Assembly: GCA_951406725.2 (NCBI GenBank)
Contig: OX597843.1
Span: 17,484,001 to 17,548,000, forward strand
Length of the DNA stretch: 64,000 nucleotides
Reading direction: 5' to 3'
DNA from: Octopus vulgaris
Taxonomy: Eukaryota
Position numbers and translations under genes: made by a program. This document shows, piece by piece, positions 56,872 through 64,000 of the stretch (positions within the stretch are counted from its first letter, which is position 1; every line of letters begins with the position of its first letter). Below the pieces are notes generated by a model. The model was not told the DNA's origin. It saw only the letters and a list, made by a program, of their open reading frames with translations, and ran no database searches.

Positions 56872-57276
56872 TACCTATTTCTTTACTACCTACAGAGGAG
56901 ACAAACAAGGATAGACAAACGGATTAAGGTGATTATATTGACCCCAGTGCGTAACTGGTACTTATATATCGACTCCGAAGGATAAAAAGCAATGTCAACC
57001 ACGGCGGAATTTGAACTCAGAACGTAGCAGCAGACGAAATGCCTATTTCTTTACTACCCACAAGGGACTAAACACAGACAGGACAAACAAGGACAGACAA
57101 ACGGATTAAGTCGATTACTACGATCCCAGTGCGTAACTGGTACTTAATTTATCGACCCCGAAAGGATGGAAGGCAAAGTCGACCTCGGCGGAATTTGAAC
57201 TTAGAACGTAGCGGCAGACGAAATACTGCTAAGCATTTCGCCCGGCATGTTAACCATTCTGCCAGCTCGCCGCCTT
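56872..57276 (-). mobile_element. SINE family 2, head plus tandem duplicate
   Basis: Two consecutive units with the same junction as 6700-7270. Confidence 0.8.
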
Positions 57277-57670
57277 ACCGCCATCTCCACCAGCACGACC
57301 TCCATCAAACAACGCTGTTGTACACTGCCATACTCAAACACTTCGATGCCACCATACAATCGCACCACCACAGTACAACAGCTGTACTATTCAACGCTAC
57401 CATACGTACATGATAGACAATGATCATAGGAGCACACAACCATGGGCCATTTCCTACGCCAGCACCACCAGAACCACCACGCCACCACCAACATCAAAGA
57501 CCCCTTAGGGGCCGTCTAAGTACTGTTTTTTTAAAGAAATATTCTAAGTATGAAAATTAATGACGGACCTTTGGAATGGAGTCTCAGCAATGAACTTACC
57601 TGACTTGCTTCACGGCTGAATGGCTTTAAACACACACACACACACATATATGCGCGCGTGTGTATGTATG

Positions 57671-57832
<162 letters not shown>

Positions 57833-57872
57833 CATAGTCTATATCTATCAATCTATGCATGTATGTATTTCT

Positions 57873-57949
<77 letters not shown>

Positions 57950-58200
57950 CATACATACATAGGCGCAGGCGTGGCCGTATACACACACACACACATATAT
58001 ATATACATAGGCGCAGGCGTGGCCGTATACACACACATACATACACACACATATATATATATATATATAAACAAACGCATACACACATATATAAAGATAT
58101 ATGCATATACACACACGCATACACCGTCCATATCCTTGAGCGGACATTAAGGTGAGTAGAACTCTTTAGCGATGAAAACAAGATTACGTGACTGAACACA

Positions 58201-58252
<52 letters not shown>

Positions 58253-58603
58253 AACACACACACACACGTATGTACATATCGCTACACACATAAATACACG
58301 CATGTACACATTCCTGCAAGTGTGTAATGCAAATGAAGGCGAAGACGGCCGCCTCGGCGGCGGTGACGGCAGCAAATTGTTTGCTCAAGGGATTAACTCG
58401 TTACAGGTTAATAAACTCAGAATATTTCCCCTTCGGCACATTTCGACCTCTGCCGTCGCTCTCCGTATTATTCTGCTTTTTCATTTTACTTAGATTTTCT
58501 TTCTTTCTTTCTTTCTTTCGTGTTGCCATTCCATCGCAAGTTTCCTTCCTTTGTTTTTTTCTGCTCTCCTATCCTCCCTTACCTCTCCCCCAAACACTCT
58601 GTG

Positions 58604-58654
<51 letters not shown>

Positions 58655-58695
58655 TATATAAAAATATACACCGAGTTTTGGTATATATGTATGTA

Positions 58696-58740
<45 letters not shown>

Positions 58741-58853
58741 CACACACACACATATATATATATGTACAGTATATATATGTATATATATATATACACATAT
58801 ATATATATATATATAAATATATATATATATATGTGTACAGTATATATATATAC

Positions 58854-58905
<52 letters not shown>

Positions 58906-58922
58906 CAGTATATATATACATA

Positions 58923-58953
<31 letters not shown>

Positions 58954-59280
58954 GTATATGTATGTATGTACAGTATGTATATGTGGTCGTTCTAGTTGGT
59001 TAAGCTTTTACCATAATCCCCTTTCATATATTCTCTGAGTTCGTGTTTCTCTCTCTCTCCCTCCTCCTCTTTCCCCCTCTCTCTCTCTATATATTTATAT
59101 ATATATTTTTTCTGGTCTGAACTGCTGGAGATGTTGGTGTTTTACGCTAAGTCTGCGCGGTTAAAACATTAGTTTCCAAACCACGTCATTTAGGTTTCGA
59201 TCCCTCTCTGTGTCGCCTTTGGTTTGGTGTAAGTGGTTAAATGTCTTTTATCAAAATCTCGTGTCGAAGCTATATATATA

Positions 59281-59488
59281 GGCGCAGGAGTGGCTATATA
59301 GATACAGGAGTGGCTATATAGATACAGGAGTGGAGTGGCTGTGTGGTAAGTAGCTTGATTACCAACCACATGGTTCCGGGTTCAGTCCCACTGCGTGGCA
59401 CCTTGGGCAAGTGTCTTCTACTATAGCCTCGGGCCAACCAAAGCCTTGTGAGTGGATTTGGTAGATGGAAACTGAAAGAAGCCCGTCG

Positions 59489-59520
<32 letters not shown>

Positions 59521-59730
59521 TGTGTGTGTTTGTGTGTCTGTGTTTGTCCCCCTAGCATTGCTTGACAACCGATGCTGGTGTGTTTATGTCCCCGTTACTT
59601 AGCGGTTCGGCAAAAGAGACCGATAGAATAAGTACTGGGCTTACAAAGAATAAGTCCCGGGGTCGAGTTGCTCGATTAAAGGAGGTGCTCTAGCATGGCC
59701 GCAGTCAAATGACTGAAACAAGTAAAAGAG

Positions 59731-59731
<1 letters not shown>
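59281..59731 (+). mobile_element. SINE family 1 with stuttered 5' head
   Basis: CAGGAGTGGCTATATAGATA occurs twice before the normal body. Confidence 0.85.
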
Positions 59732-59779
<48 letters not shown>

Positions 59780-60636
59780 TACATGTACGTATGTTTGTTT
59801 GTTTACGTAGCTCATTGTTTAGCTCTTAAAATTGCAAAATATCCGAATAAAAGAAAAAAAGGGATGGAAAAGGTAAAAAAGCAACTACATATGTTTCATA
59901 ACTTTTTATGGCTACTTGCTTACTAACAATTGATCGCATTCATGATCTGAATTTCTTCCTTTTTTCAACGAGTCATTTGTACTGTGAATATATTAGTTGA
60001 CCATTTACTCGTTTCCATGCTACAATGTGAAAAGCTCGAAGGTAACCGGGCCTGCGGATTAGCTGAACGGGTTTTGGGTGTGTTACAAGTTATGTGAAAA
60101 AAAGAAGTTTTTGCTACGAAACATATGTAATCTTTATTTACCTTTCGCAGACGTTACATTTTTGGAATTCTATTTCACTATAGTATTTTCCCTTTCGTCT
60201 CTTGCTAACATCAGACGTGCTTTTCGTGCACCAACGGTAGCGCGCTTTTATTCCGTGATAGGTTTTCTTATAAGAAAGAAGTACTTTCCAACACAGGATT
60301 TTTTTTTACATTAATCTTGTACGGTGGGTTAAACCATATGATATCTCTTTCAGTTATCAAGAGGCTGGATGAAATAGGTAAGTACCTTATTATTCTTTAT
60401 TGGTATCATCTACACAACATCCACTCACTGTAGTACCACGTTGTGTTGTTGACGGCATCTTGTAAACGTACACACATACATATATATGTATATATACACA
60501 TACATGTTTATATGTATTTATATATGCATGTATATATATTATAAATATATATATACCAATATACATATATATACATGTTTATATAAGTTCATATATGAAA
60601 TATACACACACATGTATATATGTATGTATATACATA

Positions 60637-60688
<52 letters not shown>

Positions 60689-60692
<4 letters not shown>

Positions 60693-61693
60693 GTCATCCC
60701 ATAAGTTCCGTCCGAATTTACTTTTTTTAAAAATTGAATGAAATTTAAAAGTATTTTAGAATGTCTAATGGGATTAAAAATGATTTTTATGCATTTGTCT
60801 ACATTTAAACTAATTAAATATTATTTTACAGAATAATAGAATTAAAATTTCTTTGATTAAAACCATTTCTAACATGGAAGTATCCAAAGAGCATTTAAGG
60901 CACAAAATTCTTTATGAGTACCAAAAAGTAAACTCTGCAGCCGAAGCGACTCGAAACATACACTCAGTTTATGGGAAAGAATGCTTGAATGAAAGAACTT
61001 GCAGAAGATGGTTTGCAAAATTCAGAAGTGGAGATTTCAGCCTTGAAGATGAAGATCAAACAGGACGTCCAGTTGAGTTTGATGATAAGCTCTTTGAAGC
61101 ACTACTTGAAGAAAATCCTGCATTATCAGTTGAAGCATTGGCGATAAAACTTAGTTCAAACCATACAACTGTTCATCGTCATCTTCAACAACTTGGAAAG
61201 GTTCCTAAACTTGGATAATGGGTGCCTCATGAATTGTCCGAAAGCAACAGTAAATCCCGAGTTGACATCTGCTCTTTTCTCCATTCTCACAAACTCATTT
61301 CCCCCTTTTTGGATAGACTTGTGACTGGTGACGAGAAATGGTTCTTCTATCGAAATGTTAAACGTCGTAAATAGTGGCTTGGAAAAAGGGAAAAAGCTCA
61401 ACCACAACCGAGAAGCGAACTTCATGGAAAAAAGGTTCTTCACTCAATCTGGTGGGATTGCCAAGGAATAATTCACTTTGAATTGTTACCACCTAATACA
61501 ACAATCAATACTCAAGTCTACTGCCAGCAATTGGAGCATTTGAACCAAGCTTTGAAGAAAAAAAGACCCGCTTTAGTGAATCGAAAAGAAGTGATGTTTC
61601 ATCAGGACAATGCGCGGCTCCACACTGCAAAGATCACATCACAGAAGATCGAAAAGCTTGGTTGGGAAAAAATTCCTCATCCACCTTATTCTT
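60689..61693 (+). mobile_element. mariner element, 3'-truncated transposase pseudogene
   Basis: TA-TCAGGTC left end; ATG at 60874; HTH region, WVPHEL, TGDEKW, HQDNAR and HPPYS motifs; in-frame stops at 61216 and about 61372. Confidence 0.9.
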
Positions 61694-61893
61694 CCTACTT
61701 ACTTTTTACTACTGTTTTCTATTTATTGTACTTTATTGTACTTTATTGATACTTTTTTATAGTATATGTTTTTTTTTATATGGTGTGAATAACATCTTTC
61801 TTTATTGAATTGTTTAATAGAGATTTTTCTCTAAATTATATATATGTATATATATGTATATATATATATGTATATATATGCATATATATATGT

Positions 61894-61961
<68 letters not shown>

Positions 61962-62289
61962 CACACACATACTAATATACATCTATTCATGTAAACTTAT
62001 CCGCGCTTATATGTGTATTTGTATATGTATCTCTCTCTCTCTCTCTATCTATCTGCCTGTCTGTCTGTCTGTCTGTCTTTGTCTCTCACGCATATACATA
62101 TATATGCATATAAATATGTGTGTGTATGTCAGTGTGTTTATGTTTGTGTGTATGTTAGTGTGTGCGTGTGTGTATACGTTGGTATGGTTAGATTAGTGTA
62201 TGACAATATTTAAAGATAATCTGCGCGAATCATAGTTTAAGAGATTTGCGGTATCTAAACCAATTCAGCTGAATAAAAGAATTCACCAC

Positions 62290-62338
<49 letters not shown>

Positions 62339-62520
62339 GTCATCACCATCGTCTTCACTGTAATAATAACGATGATGATGATGATGATGATGATATTATT
62401 ATCATAAATTTTGTCATTATCATCATCATCATTATCATCATCATCATTGTCATCATCGTCGCCGTCATCATCATCATCGTCATCACCATCGTCATCACTG
62501 TAATAACGATGATGATGATA

Positions 62521-62566
<46 letters not shown>

Positions 62567-62688
62567 CAATGATATTATTATCATAGATTTTGTCATTATC
62601 ATCTCATCATTGTCATCGCCGTCACCGTCGTCGTCATCTTCATCATCATCATCATCATCATCATCATTATTTGTAGTAGTACTTCATC

Positions 62689-62729
<41 letters not shown>

Positions 62730-63371
62730 GTCCCTGTGTTTTTCTTTCAAATATTTATTCCCAAACAGTTCCCCCTTTCTTCACCAATGAATAATGTATA
62801 ACAATTCATTTGTTTTCGCCGAACCCCCGCGGCCCCAATAAAATATTCAACGCCCATTATGAACGGCAGCAGCGTGTCAAACTGTCCGCTCATCACGACG
62901 ACACTCGGCAATCTCCGGCCTTCTTCGTCACGACGCTCGGCAATCTCCGGCCTTCTTCGTCAGTCACCACTTCATTCCATCAAACGAAAGGTTCTCATCA
63001 AAGCGCAGCGTTTCGCCTTTGCATTCTCTTCAGTTTGCCATGACAGAAGCACTTTCATCTTGTATATTTTACTTGTTGAAGTCATGGGACTGCGGCCATG
63101 CTGGGGCACAGCCTTGAAGAATTTTAGTCGAATGAATCGCCTCATCCATCACTACTTTTTTTTTTTTTATAAAAAGCTGGTATGTGTTCTATCCCTGTCT
63201 TTTGCTGAACCGCTAAGTTATGGGGACGCAAGCACGCAAATCAAGTCTAGTCCCTTTTTTTCCGCATAAGTCTGGTATTTATTCAATCGGCCTCTTGCTC
63301 TTCGAACTGAAAAGTTACGGGGACATAAGCCAACCAACACCGGTTGTCAAACGGTGGTGGAAAACGAACAC

Positions 63372-63407
<36 letters not shown>

Positions 63408-63444
63408 ACAAACACACACAGACACACACGCACAAACACACACA

Positions 63445-63556
<112 letters not shown>

Positions 63557-63570
63557 AAAACACACACACA

Positions 63571-63633
<63 letters not shown>

Positions 63634-64000
63634 ACACACACTCTCTCTCTCTCTCACACACACACACACATACAGCCATTCCAAATGTAAATAGACACTC
63701 ATTCGATGAATTTTAGCTTTTAGTTGGCAAGCCATGCGCAGTTTTTAATGATTTAACTCGTTTGGGTGTTGTACAAATGGAGAAGATCCGAACAGATACG
63801 ACGCTACAATGAAGAATGTCTACGAGCAGTGCTGAAAATGTCCGGCCTGCAAGGAAATGGCGAAAGGCCAGGTTGGAGGGCCGAACTTGCGAGTTGGTTT
63901 ACAAGGCTTAGAAAAACTGAAGGACCGCTGCAATGACTTTGTGAATCTGTTGAATAAAATCATAATTTTATAAAATCGTAGTTTTGAGCTGTCAGTAAGT

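Noticed and set aside
62893-62962. Short tandem duplication (ctcggcaatctccggccttcttcgtca x2) in a GC-richer island
   Set aside because: A simple local duplication with no further structure or coding signal.

Overview
Eukaryotic, AT-rich, microsatellite-saturated DNA. The SINE repertoire and repeat texture suggest an octopus or other coleoid cephalopod (inference). Nearly all ORFs in the supplied track are microsatellite artefacts. The only host gene I can support is the 3' end of an ERG/FLI-type ETS transcription factor on the minus strand: a 48-nt exon (37825-37872) and the terminal ETS-domain exon (36225-36757). Sequence above 37872 is probably its intron(s). The rest is mobile DNA: three tRNA-derived SINE families, a cluster of R4/Dong-like LINEs in (TAA)n, L1/Tx1-like remnants, several Tc1/mariner relics, a Helitron and MITEs. 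The main unexpected signal is about a dozen type-I hammerhead-ribozyme-like motifs. They lie in short, mutually unrelated, often fold-back elements embedded in (TA)n tracts, and keep the same topology with different stem sequences. Two look essentially complete (45484-45564 +, 45821-45884 -), and one sits in the probable ERG 3' UTR. All structures were folded by eye and none has been tested.
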